DNA of 64,000 nt from an uncultured Mycoplasmatota bacterium (GCA_948466395.1 CAOKAG010000003.1:11062-75061); one strand, 5' to 3'; positions 37,969-48,468 are shown, counted from the stretch's first letter. A program made the numbers and translations. Notes: generated from the letters alone by a model not told the origin.

Positions 37969-40503
37969 ATGAAACGTTTAGAAGTCGATAAAGAAAAATT
38001 AAGTCCTGGCATGCGTCAGTACTACGATATAAAAGAAGAACACCAAGAGGAGCTCTTGTTTTTTCGTTTAGGGGATTTTTATGAACTTTTTTTTGAAGAT
38101 GGAGAAACCGCAGCTCGAGAGCTTGAACTAACTTTAACCAGTAAAAATGCTGGATTAGAAGAAAGAGTACCCATGTGTGGCGTACCCTTTCATTCTGTAA
38201 AACCTTACATTGAAAAACTTGTAAATAAAGGATATAAAATCGCGATTTGTGAGCAATTAGAAGACCCCAAAAACACCAAAGGAATGGTAAAACGCGGTGT
38301 CGTTGAAGTCATAAGCAAAGGAACCATTGTAGATTCAGAACTCTTAAGTGAACACGAAAACAACTACATAGCGAGTATTCTAGACTACTCATTTGTCTAT
38401 TCTTTATGTTATGCGGACATTTCAACCGGTGAAATTAACATTATGAACGTTGAACACAACCAAGAAAAACTCTTAAATGAGATTTTAAATTTAAAAATAA
38501 AAGAAGTCGTACTAAAAGAAAACAATGACCCTGAATTCATTGGCTTATTAAAATCAAATTACAACATTGAAGTCACCTTTTCAAAAGAAGTCTATGAAGA
38601 AAAAATAGAATTAGTAGAAGAAATCGAAGACATACGTTTTAAAGAAAGTGTGAAGCATTTACTTTATTATCTTATTGTCAAAGAATTAAAAGACATTACT
38701 CACATAAAAAAAGTCAACATATTAAATAAAAACGATTATTTAGACATGGACGTGCATACCATTCGCAACTTAGAAATATTTGAAACCCTTCGTTTAAAAG
38801 AAAGGACATATTCTTTAATATGGCTTCTTGACAAAACCAAAACCAGTATGGGAAGTCGTAAATTAAAAGATTTTTTAATGCATCCTTTAAAAAACAAAGA
38901 GGCAATCAACAAGCGATACGATAAAATCGAAAAATTAAACACAGAATTTATTTTAAAAGACGAATTAAGAGCGGCTTTATATAACATTTATGACATTGAA
39001 AGACTTTGTGGAAAAATCGCTAACAATTCCATTAATGCCCGAGACTTGTTGCAATTAAAAAAAAGTTTACAAGTCTTACCAAATCTAAAAGATATTGCAA
39101 AAAAGCTAGGTTTTACGTATAAAATTGAAACCTTTCAAGATCTCTATGACCTACTTGAAAACGCCATTTACGAAGAACCACCCGTTACCATTAAAGAAGG
39201 TTCTTTAATAAAAAGTGGATTCAATAAGGAACTCGATGAATTAAAAAGCATACGTAAAAATGGCAAAAATTTTATAGCTGAATTTGAAAATACTTTAAAA
39301 AGTAGCACCAACATTAAAAATCTAAAAGTAGGGTATAATCGTGTTTTTGGTTATTACATTGAAGTCTCGAAAGGTCAAGTCGGTCTGGTTACCGAGGATT
39401 TAAAATGGGAAAGAAGACAAACTCTAACCAACTGTGAACGCTTTATTTCTCCAGAACTTAAAGAAAAAGAAGCCTTAATCCTAAATGCTGAGGAAAAAAT
39501 CATTGAATTAGAATACAAGTTATTTAATGAAATCAAAGAAACCATTAAAAAGAGTTTAACCGATTTAAAAGATACCGCAGAAGTAATAAGTGAATTGGAT
39601 GCCATAACCAGTCTAGCGGTATGTGCTGAGGAATACCATTTCATTCGTCCTACTTTAAATGAAGAACATAAAATAGAAATTAAGGATGGGTTTCATCCTG
39701 TTATTGAACGAGTGAGCAATCATGCGTATGTTAGAAACGATTGTTTAATGTCTAAAAACGTCAATACCCTTTTAATTACTGGTCCAAATATGAGTGGAAA
39801 ATCGACCTTCATGCGTCAATTAGCCATTATTGTTCTTCTAGCTCAAATTGGTTCTTATGTTCCCGCAACCAGTGCCACTTTGCCCATTATGGATAAAATT
39901 TTTACACGTATTGGAGCCAGTGATGACTTAGTAAGTGGAGAATCTACCTTTATGGTTGAAATGAAAGAAGCCAAAAACGCCATTTTAAACGCTACCGAAA
40001 ACAGTCTTATTTTATTTGATGAATTAGGGCGAGGCACGTCAACTTACGATGGAATGAGTTTAGCAGAAGCCATTTTAGAATACGTCAACACTCATATAAA
40101 ATGTAAAACCCTTTTTTCAACCCACTATCATGAACTAACCCAAATTGAAAAAAGATTTCCCAACATAAAAAACGTTCATGTCTCCGCGAAAGAAGAAAAT
40201 GGAACCATTACTTTTTTGCATAAAATAAAAGAGGGGGCTGTAGATAAATCTTATGGAATTCATGTGGCAAAATTATCAGGAATGCCTGAAGAATTAATAA
40301 ATAGAGCCAGTGAAATTTTAAAAGTATACGAAGAAGGAAAAAAGACAATAGAAAGACCAAACATTCAATTAGAAATGCAATTTGAAACGAGTGAAAAAGA
40401 CACCATAAAAGAATTTATGGAAGAAGTGGACCCCTTAAACCTAACGCCACTTGAAGCCATCAATAAACTTTATGAATTAAAAGAATTAATAAAAGGAGGA
40501 TAA
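37969..40503 (+). CDS. mutS: DNA mismatch repair protein MutS
   Basis: 'SPGMRQYYDIKEEHQEELLFFRLGDFYELFFEDGE', Walker A 'GPNMSGKST', and 'DELGRGTSTYDG'. Start at the ATG after RBS GGTGGG. Confidence 0.9.
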   Translation: MKRLEVDKEKLSPGMRQYYDIKEEHQEELLFFRLGDFYELFFEDGETAARELELTLTSKNAGLEERVPMCGVPFHSVKPYIEKLVNKGYKIAICEQLEDPKNTKGMVKRGVVEVISKGTIVDSELLSEHENNYIASILDYSFVYSLCYADISTGEINIMNVEHNQEKLLNEILNLKIKEVVLKENNDPEFIGLLKSNYNIEVTFSKEVYEEKIELVEEIEDIRFKESVKHLLYYLIVKELKDITHIKKVNILNKNDYLDMDVHTIRNLEIFETLRLKERTYSLIWLLDKTKTSMGSRKLKDFLMHPLKNKEAINKRYDKIEKLNTEFILKDELRAALYNIYDIERLCGKIANNSINARDLLQLKKSLQVLPNLKDIAKKLGFTYKIETFQDLYDLLENAIYEEPPVTIKEGSLIKSGFNKELDELKSIRKNGKNFIAEFENTLKSSTNIKNLKVGYNRVFGYYIEVSKGQVGLVTEDLKWERRQTLTNCERFISPELKEKEALILNAEEKIIELEYKLFNEIKETIKKSLTDLKDTAEVISELDAITSLAVCAEEYHFIRPTLNEEHKIEIKDGFHPVIERVSNHAYVRNDCLMSKNVNTLLITGPNMSGKSTFMRQLAIIVLLAQIGSYVPATSATLPIMDKIFTRIGASDDLVSGESTFMVEMKEAKNAILNATENSLILFDELGRGTSTYDGMSLAEAILEYVNTHIKCKTLFSTHYHELTQIEKRFPNIKNVHVSAKEENGTITFLHKIKEGAVDKSYGIHVAKLSGMPEELINRASEILKVYEEGKKTIERPNIQLEMQFETSEKDTIKEFMEEVDPLNLTPLEAINKLYELKELIKGG

Positions 40504-40506
40504 AAA

Positions 40507-40977
40507 TTGTTTAAAAAGAAGAAAAAAGAGGAAATAGAAAAGTATCAAATTGAATATCTAGATGTGCTAACAAATTTAAATAATAGCTCAATCACAGAAG
40601 AAGAAATTGCGTCCTTTAAAATAAAAGTAGGAAGAAATCCCGACTTAAAAAAGGTGTACACGGCATACTTAAAACTTCAAAAAAAGCTATTAGTTAAAAT
40701 GAGTAAATTAAATCAAGAAGAGGAAAAAAAGGACTACGAAAGAAAAATTGAAGAAATCACTTTTCTTTTAAAAGAATTAACTGAAATGATTATTGCCGAT
40801 CATAATCAGCGCTATTATAAAAAGAAAAAAGCATGGTTAGAGAGTAATTTAAGTGAAGAAGAATTAGAAGAATTATTAAAAATTTATCATCAAAAAGAAA
40901 TAGGGGAAAAAGAAACTAAAAAAACAAAAGAACCGATTCGAAAAAGAAAAAGAGGCAAAATAAACAGAAGAGGTTAA
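40507..40977 (+). CDS. Lys/Glu-rich coiled-coil hypothetical protein
   Basis: 156-aa ORF lying 3 nt after mutS. Confidence 0.35.
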   Translation: MFKKKKKEEIEKYQIEYLDVLTNLNNSSITEEEIASFKIKVGRNPDLKKVYTAYLKLQKKLLVKMSKLNQEEEKKDYERKIEEITFLLKELTEMIIADHNQRYYKKKKAWLESNLSEEELEELLKIYHQKEIGEKETKKTKEPIRKRKRGKINRRG

Positions 40978-41003
40978 AAACTTATTTTTTTGAAAGGGGG
41001 AAA

Positions 41004-41843
41004 ATGAAAATGTCAAAAAAAGAAGTATTAGAATTAGTAAAAATTATAAATGAAAGAATAACCAATCTCACTATAAATAAAAAAATTAACGTAGAAAATA
41101 TCGGCCGTATTTTTAATAATAAATTAAACGAATTAAATCGCTATTACGAAAAAAGAAATCAATCTTTCTATGAGGAGTCCTTTGTTGCAACAAGCATATT
41201 AGAATATTTCTGTTTATTAATAAACGAAGGGAAGAATAAATTAGTAAGTTATTGCATGACAAGAGAAGAAGAACACTTAAAAAAATATCGCGAACTTTGT
41301 AACCTTATTTTTGAATTTGACATAGAAAAAGATTTAATCGTAGCATTAAAAAGTTGTATAATAGAAGATTATTATAAAGGAAAAGCTTATTATAAATTAG
41401 ACGCTCAAACAAGACAAAATTATAACGAAGAATTACAAAATTTAGGGTCAAGTAAAACCATAGAATCTCTTTTAGTAGAAGTGAAAATGGAGCAAGGATT
41501 GGAAGAATTAAAGATTTATCATCATAAATCGCCCAAAATTGCTTTATCTTTATACCATCGATTAGCTTATTACATCAATAAAATGACTCTTGCCTGTCAA
41601 AATTTAGATTTAGTAAACATGCAATATTATAGTGAAAAAATTAATAATTTTGAAATAGCAACAGAATTAGAGAACAGTTTGGTTTATGTATTTATAGAAG
41701 TCTTAAAAGTCGAAGATTTAAAAACAAATCTAGAATGGCAAGAAATCAAAGAAGAATTAGTTCTATTAGGTCAAGACGATTTAATTCCTCAACTAGAAAC
41801 GAGAATTGGTGAAGGATTAAAAAGAAAAATGATTAAAAATTAG
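41004..41843 (+). CDS. All-alpha hypothetical protein
   Basis: RBS GGGGGA. 279-aa ORF with no recognisable motif. Confidence 0.4.
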   Translation: MKMSKKEVLELVKIINERITNLTINKKINVENIGRIFNNKLNELNRYYEKRNQSFYEESFVATSILEYFCLLINEGKNKLVSYCMTREEEHLKKYRELCNLIFEFDIEKDLIVALKSCIIEDYYKGKAYYKLDAQTRQNYNEELQNLGSSKTIESLLVEVKMEQGLEELKIYHHKSPKIALSLYHRLAYYINKMTLACQNLDLVNMQYYSEKINNFEIATELENSLVYVFIEVLKVEDLKTNLEWQEIKEELVLLGQDDLIPQLETRIGEGLKRKMIKN

Positions 41844-41885
41844 GTTTTTCATATATTTTATGATATACTTAGTTTGGTGATAATA

Positions 41886-42281
41886 ATGACTTTAAAAAGA
41901 AGCGAATTAAGAGAAAAATGTATGATTATTTTATACCAATACGACATTCTAAAAAATACTAAATTAACGCCGAATATTGATGAAATCATTAAAGAAAATA
42001 TGGAAATTGAAAACGAATTTGTAAAAGACATCGTCTATGGTGTCTTGACTCATCAAAATGAGTTGGACACTTTAGCCAACACCCATATTAAAGATTGGAC
42101 CATTGACCGTTTAGATAAAACAGGGGCTTCTATTTTAAGAATGGCCTTATTTGAACTTAAGTACACCGACACACCGGAAATTGTAGTCATTAACGAAGCT
42201 ATAGAATTATCCAAAAAATACAGTGACGATGCGGTAAGAAAAATTATAAATGCTGTTTTAGACAAAATCATAAGAGAGTAG
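41886..42281 (+). CDS. nusB: Transcription antitermination factor NusB
   Basis: 'RSELREKCMIILYQYDI...DRLDKTGASILRMALFEL' matches NusB. ATG after RBS GGTGAT. Confidence 0.8.
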   Translation: MTLKRSELREKCMIILYQYDILKNTKLTPNIDEIIKENMEIENEFVKDIVYGVLTHQNELDTLANTHIKDWTIDRLDKTGASILRMALFELKYTDTPEIVVINEAIELSKKYSDDAVRKIINAVLDKIIRE

Positions 42282-42293
42282 TAGTAGAAATTT

Positions 42294-43631
42294 ATGGAAA
42301 ATGAAAAATACATTAAAATTAGTGAACTAAATAAATACATAAAAGTGATGTTTGATGAAAACACTTTTTTTCATCGTATCTATTTAAAAGGAGAAATTTC
42401 AAACTTTAAAAATCATACAAGAGGCCACTTGTATTTTACATTAAAAGATAAAGAATCTAGAATTAGTGCGGTGATGTTTTTTAATAACGCTCGATTGCTT
42501 AATTTCATTCCCGAAGATGGAATGAATGTTTTAGTTAGTGGGCGTATTTCTTCCTATCCCGCTCAAGGAACCTATCAAATTTATGTGGAAACGATGGAAA
42601 AAGATGGTTTAGGCAATCTTTTCGTCGAATATGAAAAACTAAAGAAAAAATTAGAATTAGAAGGCCTTTTTAGTCAAGAACATAAAAAAATTATTCCCAA
42701 ATACCCTAGAAAAATTGGGGTAATCACCGCTCCTACAGGTGCAGCCATTCGAGACATTTTAAGCACCATTAAAAGAAGATACCCCATTGCGGAGGTCATT
42801 TTGTTCCCTTCATTAGTGCAAGGCGCTTCCGCCGCTCCAGAAATCGTTTCTCAAATCAAAAAAGCCAATACGTACGATTTAGACGTTTTAATATGTGGAA
42901 GGGGAGGTGGATCGATTGAAGACTTATGGGCCTTTAACGAAGAAAGTGTCGCACGAGCCATTTTTGCCTCAACCGTTCCAATTATTAGTGCAGTAGGGCA
43001 TGAAGTTGATTTTACCATAGCGGACTTTGTAGCAGACTTAAGAGCGCCAACACCCACAGGGGCCGCTGAAATGGCGGTACCCACCACCTTAGATTTAATA
43101 AACCTAATCGATGAGAAAAAATTAAGATTAAATGCTTTATTAAGCCATACCTTAAAAATAAAAAATCAACAATTAGAACACTTAAAAAACAGCTTTGTAT
43201 TAAAAAATCCTATGATGCTGTATGAATTAAAAGAACAAAAACTAGACCGTTTATTAGAACAATTAAACAAAAGCATTAAAACTCAAATCAATAAAGCAGA
43301 AACAAAATTTGAAGCTATCAAAAACAATTACATATTAAAAAATCCCTTAAAAATGTATGAAAAATATCAAAATGATTTAAGGAAAAATGAAATGTGTTTA
43401 AAAAACAGTATTCAAATGATTTTAGAAAATAAGAAACATCAACAAGAAATGATGATAAATACTTTAAAATTAGTAAATCCTTTAAATATATTAGAAAAAG
43501 GATACAGTGTCACAACAAAAAATGGTGAAATCATAAAAGACGCAAGTAAGCTAAAAGGTAATGAGACCATTGACATTCAATTTAGAAAAGGCCGAATTAA
43601 AGCGGTAGTGAAGGAAGGTAGTTATGAATAA
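42294..43631 (+). CDS. xseA: Exodeoxyribonuclease VII large subunit
   Basis: OB-fold N-terminus 'ISELNKYIK...GEISNF', catalytic region 'ICGRGGGSIEDLWAFNEE', and a coiled-coil C-terminus. Confidence 0.85.
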   Translation: MENEKYIKISELNKYIKVMFDENTFFHRIYLKGEISNFKNHTRGHLYFTLKDKESRISAVMFFNNARLLNFIPEDGMNVLVSGRISSYPAQGTYQIYVETMEKDGLGNLFVEYEKLKKKLELEGLFSQEHKKIIPKYPRKIGVITAPTGAAIRDILSTIKRRYPIAEVILFPSLVQGASAAPEIVSQIKKANTYDLDVLICGRGGGSIEDLWAFNEESVARAIFASTVPIISAVGHEVDFTIADFVADLRAPTPTGAAEMAVPTTLDLINLIDEKKLRLNALLSHTLKIKNQQLEHLKNSFVLKNPMMLYELKEQKLDRLLEQLNKSIKTQINKAETKFEAIKNNYILKNPLKMYEKYQNDLRKNEMCLKNSIQMILENKKHQQEMMINTLKLVNPLNILEKGYSVTTKNGEIIKDASKLKGNETIDIQFRKGRIKAVVKEGSYE

Positions 43632-43851
43632 TAATATAAGTTTTGAAGAATCATTAGAAAAATTGGAAAGCATCGTAAAAGAACTTGAAAGTGGCAACAT
43701 CGAGCTTGACCATGCTATAGATAAATACACTGAAGCCATGAAATTAGTGAGTGTATGTAGTGATAAATTAAAAAACGCCACAGAACAAGTTAATAAAATT
43801 TTAAATGCAAACGATGAACTCATCCCTTTTGAAATAAATGAAAGTGAATAG
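43624..43851 (+). CDS. xseB: Exodeoxyribonuclease VII small subunit
   Basis: 75-aa ORF, 'FEESLEKLESIVKELESG', overlapping the xseA end. Confidence 0.8.
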   Translation: MNNNISFEESLEKLESIVKELESGNIELDHAIDKYTEAMKLVSVCSDKLKNATEQVNKILNANDELIPFEINESE

Positions 43852-43859
43852 GTGATAAT

Positions 43860-45284
43860 ATGACAAGCGAAAATAAAAAAATAACCTCTCGAGACGTTGA
43901 TTTTGCCACATGGTATAACGATATTTTGATGAATGCCGATTTAATTGACTACACAAATGTTAAAGGAAGCATGATTATTCGTCCTTATGGCTATGCGATT
44001 TGGGAAAACATTCAAAGTATTTTAGATAAGGAATTTAAACGAACAGGACATAAGAATATTCAAATGCCCATGTTTATTCCCGAAAGTTTATTAAATGTAG
44101 AAAAAGAACATGTGGAGGGTTTTGCTCCTGAAGTCGCTTGGGTAACACAAGGGGGAAGTGAACCCTTAGAAGAAAGAATGTGCGTTCGTCCTACCAGTGA
44201 AGTTTTATTTTGTGAGCACTTTAAAAAAATTATTAAGTCTTATCGGGACTTACCTCTTTTGTATAATCAGTGGTGTACCATCGTTCGTTGGGAAAAAACA
44301 ACCCGTCCTTTTTTAAGAAGTCGTGAAATCTTATGGCAAGAAGGACACACAATGCATGAAACGGAACAGGAAGCAAGAGAAGAAACCAAACGTATGTTTA
44401 AAATCTATGAAGATTTTCAAAGAAACGTTTTAGCTCTTCCTGTTATTGTTGGAAGAAAAACAGAAAAAGAAAAATTTTCAGGAGCCGTTGAAACCTACAC
44501 CATTGAAGCCATGATGTACGATGGAGTAGCCTTACAAAATGGAACCAGCCATTACTTTGGGCAAGGTTTTGCTTCCGCTTTTGGTATTGAATACTTAAAT
44601 AAAGAAAACAAGTTAGTCACGCCATACCAAACCAGTTGGGGTGTCTCAACACGTATGATAGGAGCCATTATTATGACCCATAGTGATGATCATGGGCTGG
44701 TTTTACCACCTAAAATTGCCCCTATAAAAGTAGCCATCATTCCAATTGGAACCAATGAAGAAGTCCTAAAAAAAGCAAGTGAAATAAAAGAAAACTTAGA
44801 AAAAGAAGGCATCACTTGTCTTTTAGACGATTCAAGTAAATCTCCAGGCTTTAAATTTGCCGAAGCGGAAGTAAAAGGCTACCCAATTCGTTTAGAAATT
44901 GGCATGCGAGACTTAGAAAAAAATGTCCTAACCTTAGTTCGAAGAGATACCCTTGAAAAACAAGAAATTCATTTAGATGAAATAGTGATTGAAGTAAAAG
45001 AAAACTTAGAAACAATCCAAGAAAATCTTTATAACCGCGCTTTAGAAAGAAGAAACACCATGCTTTACGAAGCAAAAAATTATGATGAATTTAAAGAACT
45101 AGCTCAAAATAAATCAGGTTTTATAAAAATCAATTGGTGTGGAAAAGAAACTTGTGAATTAAAAATAAAAGAAGACACAGGTTTAAAATCACGTTGTATT
45201 CTGGAAGACGAAGCACCAAACGGTCCTTGTATTTGTTGTAAAGAAGAAGGAAAACACAAAATTTATTTTGGACGTCAATATTAA
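43860..45284 (+). CDS. proS: Prolyl-tRNA synthetase, short archaeal/eukaryote-type class II (no insertion editing domain)
   Basis: Class II motifs, 474-aa length, and a C-terminal Zn-binding 'CGKETC...C..C' tail. Confidence 0.85.
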   Translation: MTSENKKITSRDVDFATWYNDILMNADLIDYTNVKGSMIIRPYGYAIWENIQSILDKEFKRTGHKNIQMPMFIPESLLNVEKEHVEGFAPEVAWVTQGGSEPLEERMCVRPTSEVLFCEHFKKIIKSYRDLPLLYNQWCTIVRWEKTTRPFLRSREILWQEGHTMHETEQEAREETKRMFKIYEDFQRNVLALPVIVGRKTEKEKFSGAVETYTIEAMMYDGVALQNGTSHYFGQGFASAFGIEYLNKENKLVTPYQTSWGVSTRMIGAIIMTHSDDHGLVLPPKIAPIKVAIIPIGTNEEVLKKASEIKENLEKEGITCLLDDSSKSPGFKFAEAEVKGYPIRLEIGMRDLEKNVLTLVRRDTLEKQEIHLDEIVIEVKENLETIQENLYNRALERRNTMLYEAKNYDEFKELAQNKSGFIKINWCGKETCELKIKEDTGLKSRCILEDEAPNGPCICCKEEGKHKIYFGRQY

Positions 45285-45288
45285 AAAG

Positions 45289-45312
45289 AAGAAAGGGCAG
45301 CCTTTCTTTTTA
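45289..45312. terminator. Bidirectional terminator between proS and the convergent protease gene
   Basis: gaaagg-gcag-cctttc with a T-run. Confidence 0.5.
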
Positions 45313-46098
45313 AATGATTTCAAACTTAGTCTTTAAAAACTCTTTTTCATGAATGTACTTTTCTTTATCCTTAAAAAAATGAAGCGTTTCTTTCTTTAAA
45401 ACATAAGTATCTTGTAAAGCATTGTGCTCAATTTTTTTGTATGAAAAGCGATGCAAATACCGCTCTAAAAGAAATTTATTCTGAATCAAATTTTTATCAC
45501 GAAAACTAATCAAGGTCTTGCCAATTAAAAAGGAAACGATAATATAATTATTTAAATTACATTTTATATTAATCAAAAGAAACACCCCAATAAAAAAACA
45601 GGAAATGTAATTCATAACAACCAAAGAGCGATAAAAAGGTAACCATTTTTGCAACAACAATTGAAGAATTTCTCCGCCATCTAAAGGTCGTATAGGAAGA
45701 AGATTAAAAAATAGAATGGATTGATTATACATTTGAAACAAAGAAAACGTATTGTCATGAATCCAATTTTTTTTAAATAAAAAATAAAAAACTAAAAACA
45801 AAAGAAGCTGGAAGAAAACACCCCCAAAATAAATAATTAAATCTTTATTAATAGGAGAATTGATGTATTTATTAGTGGTGGTGACACCCCCAAATGGATA
45901 GATTTCAATCTTCTCGACTTCATAAGAAAAATAGTTTAAAAAAAAGAAATGCCCCAACTCATGTACTACTACAATTAAAAAAATAAGTAAAATATTTTTT
46001 ATAAAGCCCGTTAATAGAAAACTTAAAAAAATCAAATACGTTAAAGAATTAATTTTAAACTTAGGAAAGATAGTTTTCATAACCAATATTTTTTCCAT
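45310..46098 (-). CDS. M50 site-2 metalloprotease, SpoIVFB-like
   Basis: Intramembrane 'VVVHELGHFF' (HExxH) and 'LLPIRPLDGGEIL' (LDG motif). Six TM helices. Confidence 0.65.
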   Translation of the reverse strand: MEKILVMKTIFPKFKINSLTYLIFLSFLLTGFIKNILLIFLIVVVHELGHFFFLNYFSYEVEKIEIYPFGGVTTTNKYINSPINKDLIIYFGGVFFQLLLFLVFYFLFKKNWIHDNTFSLFQMYNQSILFFNLLPIRPLDGGEILQLLLQKWLPFYRSLVVMNYISCFFIGVFLLINIKCNLNNYIIVSFLIGKTLISFRDKNLIQNKFLLERYLHRFSYKKIEHNALQDTYVLKKETLHFFKDKEKYIHEKEFLKTKFEII

Positions 46099-46690
46099 CC
46101 TCTATAAAGGTAAGAATCGGCTTATTTTCTTTAAACTGACCAATAATGGTATTTTTCTCAACATAATCATAAATCGTTCCATTAAAATTTTCTAAATTAG
46201 AATACCAAATATCTGTGCCATCAATCCCTTGAACAATCACCGTTTTTCCTAAATTTTCTTTTTCTCCAATAAAAACAATAATGCCACTTTCTAAATAGTT
46301 AAAAGCATTTGTACTTAAAGTTAATAAATAAGAATGATCAAGATAAGGAGTAATTTTATCGGTTAGCGTTTCCTTAGAGTCAAAAACAGGAGTAGTTTTA
46401 GCAACTTTATCGGGCAAAATATCTCCAAAATACTTTGCATAGAGATTGTTAATCTCTGTAAATTTCAAATTTTCTTTAAAAAAAGAATGATTAAAACGAA
46501 TGAGATTTTCATCGCTAATATTAATATAAATAGCAAAAGCCAAAACCAAAATCACACTCAAAAGTGTTCGTGTAAACAACTGACTAATGTATTTCGATTG
46601 ATTCGGATTACTCTTTTTTTTCTTATTATTAAAAACAAGAGAATTTCTTTTATTTTTAATACGATTTTTAATCGTCATATACTCATCCAT
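46061..46690 (-). CDS. Membrane-anchored degenerate M23/LytM-domain protein, SpoIVFA-like
   Basis: N-terminal TM and a C-terminal '...GIIVFIGEKENLGKTVIVQGIDGTDIWYSNLENF...' LytM-like beta domain lacking obvious His ligands. Overlaps and is co-directional with the M50 gene. Confidence 0.45.
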   Translation of the reverse strand: MDEYMTIKNRIKNKRNSLVFNNKKKKSNPNQSKYISQLFTRTLLSVILVLAFAIYINISDENLIRFNHSFFKENLKFTEINNLYAKYFGDILPDKVAKTTPVFDSKETLTDKITPYLDHSYLLTLSTNAFNYLESGIIVFIGEKENLGKTVIVQGIDGTDIWYSNLENFNGTIYDYVEKNTIIGQFKENKPILTFIEDGKNIGYENYLS

Positions 46691-46701
46691 ATTTTCTCAC
46701 C

Positions 46702-47082
46702 TTAGTAATGGTATGACGAAGAGTTGGATTTTAGACATTCAATTCGAAGAAAAAGTAAATCAATAAAAAAACCCCAAATATTAAATTCTAATTTTTGAAA
46801 TAAAACAAAAACAAAAAGATGGTAGAGAACAAAAAGAAGACAAAAACGAAGCACAAGATAATAAAAAGAATGGGGAAGTTTAATAAAACGATTAAAAAAA
46901 TGAAGCACTAAGAAGATAAAAAAATAACGCAAATGAAAAGATAAAAGAAAGTCAATCATCAGAATCCAGATAAAAAAAAATTTAAAATCACGCTTTTCTA
47001 AAAGAGGAAGAAGGCAAAGATTGGTTTTAAAAGGGGTAAAATTATAAAAACAAATATCCAAAAGAAAATGAAGGTAAATCAT
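46702..47082 (-). CDS. mreD: Rod shape-determining protein MreD (putative)
   Basis: 126-aa polytopic protein immediately downstream of mreC, with a 4-nt overlap. Confidence 0.4.
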   Translation of the reverse strand: MIYLHFLLDICFYNFTPFKTNLCLLPLLEKRDFKFFFIWILMIDFLLSFHLRYFFIFLVLHFFNRFIKLPHSFYYLVLRFCLLFVLYHLFVFVLFQKLEFNIWGFFIDLLFLRIECLKSNSSSYHY

Positions 47083-47747
47083 GAGTCACCTCTTAAATCC
47101 GTAATAATACTAATATAGTTTAAATCATCAAAATGAACCGAAGGCTTAATTTTCAAGCGGTGTTCAATCTGATAACGATCGGTTTCAATCGATTCAATTG
47201 AACCAATTAGCACATTTTCTGGATAAAGCGATAAATCACTTGTATACACTTGATCACCTATTGAAAGCGTATCACCAACTTTAATTCCTTCAACATAAAG
47301 TTCACGATTTTTACACTTCAATATGCCATAACTATCGTTTATTTTAACTGAAATAGACGTTTCATTATTTAAAAGAAGACGAACATGACTACTATGCTTA
47401 TTGGTTTTAGAGACAACGCCCACAAGACCTAAATCATTAATAACCAAATGATTTTTTTTTATATGGTCTTCTTCTCCTTTATAAATTATAATTTCATCAG
47501 ATAACTGATACAGATTATGAATTAAAATTTTAGAAGGTTCAATAGAATAGGGAATCGAATCCAAATAACCATACGAATGGAGGAGTTCCTGTTCCTTTTT
47601 TTCTAAAGTGGTGTTTCTAGCATAAGTTACCATTTCTAATTCCGCCAGATAAAATTCTTTGGCAAACAAAAAATGATAGACTTCTTCTTTTAAAAGAAAC
47701 GAGATAAAAATAAGAAGATAGAGCAGATTTTTTCCTTTTTTAGTCAT
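47079..47747 (-). CDS. mreC: Rod shape-determining protein MreC
   Basis: N-terminal TM plus coiled coil, then 'LGLVGVVSKTNKHSSHVRLL...GDQVYTSDLSLYPENVLIGSI'. Confidence 0.7.
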   Translation of the reverse strand: MTKKGKNLLYLLIFISFLLKEEVYHFLFAKEFYLAELEMVTYARNTTLEKKEQELLHSYGYLDSIPYSIEPSKILIHNLYQLSDEIIIYKGEEDHIKKNHLVINDLGLVGVVSKTNKHSSHVRLLLNNETSISVKINDSYGILKCKNRELYVEGIKVGDTLSIGDQVYTSDLSLYPENVLIGSIESIETDRYQIEHRLKIKPSVHFDDLNYISIITDLRGDS

Positions 47748-47787
47748 CGTCTTTCACCTACTAGTAGTATGGCTTAATTTTTTAAAA

Positions 47788-48468
47788 TTAAAGCATTTCA
47801 TGGTCAAAAAAACTAAAATAATGGGTATCACCAATAATTAAATGGTCCATTAAAGGAATTTTTAAAAGAAGACCAATTTCTTTAATTTGATGGGTAAACT
47901 CGATGTCTTCTTGACTAGGCGTCACATCATTAGTAGGGTGATTATGAATCAAAACAATTTTGACCGCACTATTTTTTATCGCCGCATTAAAAATTTCTCT
48001 TGGATGCGTAATGCTTTTATTTTGTGTGCCTATAAAAATCGTTTCATAATGAATCATTTGATTTTTGGTATTTAAAAACACACAAAAAAGTTTTTCCTGT
48101 TTACTATTTAAAATCTGTAAACGAAAAAACTGATAAATCTCTTCCGCATTGGTAAATTTCTTTTTCTTAGAAGAAGAAGGGAGCGTCAACCGTTTACCTA
48201 ATTCAATTGAAGCCAGTAACGTCACCGCTTTTGCTTCTTTAATTCCTTTAATTTTTATTAAATCTTGATAAGTTATACTATTTAATTCATAAAAAGAAGG
48301 AAGCGTTTTAATAAAACGAATAGCTAAATCTTTCACTGATTCTTCTTTATTACCTGTTTTTAAAATAATAGCAATCAACTCTTCATTCGATAAAGAAAAA
48401 ACACCTCTTTGTTTTAGCTTCTCTCTAGGTCTTTCATCTATTGGTAAATCTTTAATTCGATAAGACAT
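47788..48468 (-). CDS. radC: RadC-like JAMM-family protein
   Basis: HhH N-terminus and the JAMM motif 'HNHPTNDVTPSQEDIEFT'. Confidence 0.8.
   Translation of the reverse strand: MSYRIKDLPIDERPREKLKQRGVFSLSNEELIAIILKTGNKEESVKDLAIRFIKTLPSFYELNSITYQDLIKIKGIKEAKAVTLLASIELGKRLTLPSSSKKKKFTNAEEIYQFFRLQILNSKQEKLFCVFLNTKNQMIHYETIFIGTQNKSITHPREIFNAAIKNSAVKIVLIHNHPTNDVTPSQEDIEFTHQIKEIGLLLKIPLMDHLIIGDTHYFSFFDHEML

Noticed and set aside
43852-43859. T-box or other leader upstream of proS
   Set aside because: Only 8 nt separate xseB and proS, so there is no room for a leader.
46487-46705. 72-aa + strand ORF inside the SpoIVFA-like gene
   Set aside because: It is antisense to the gene and low-complexity.
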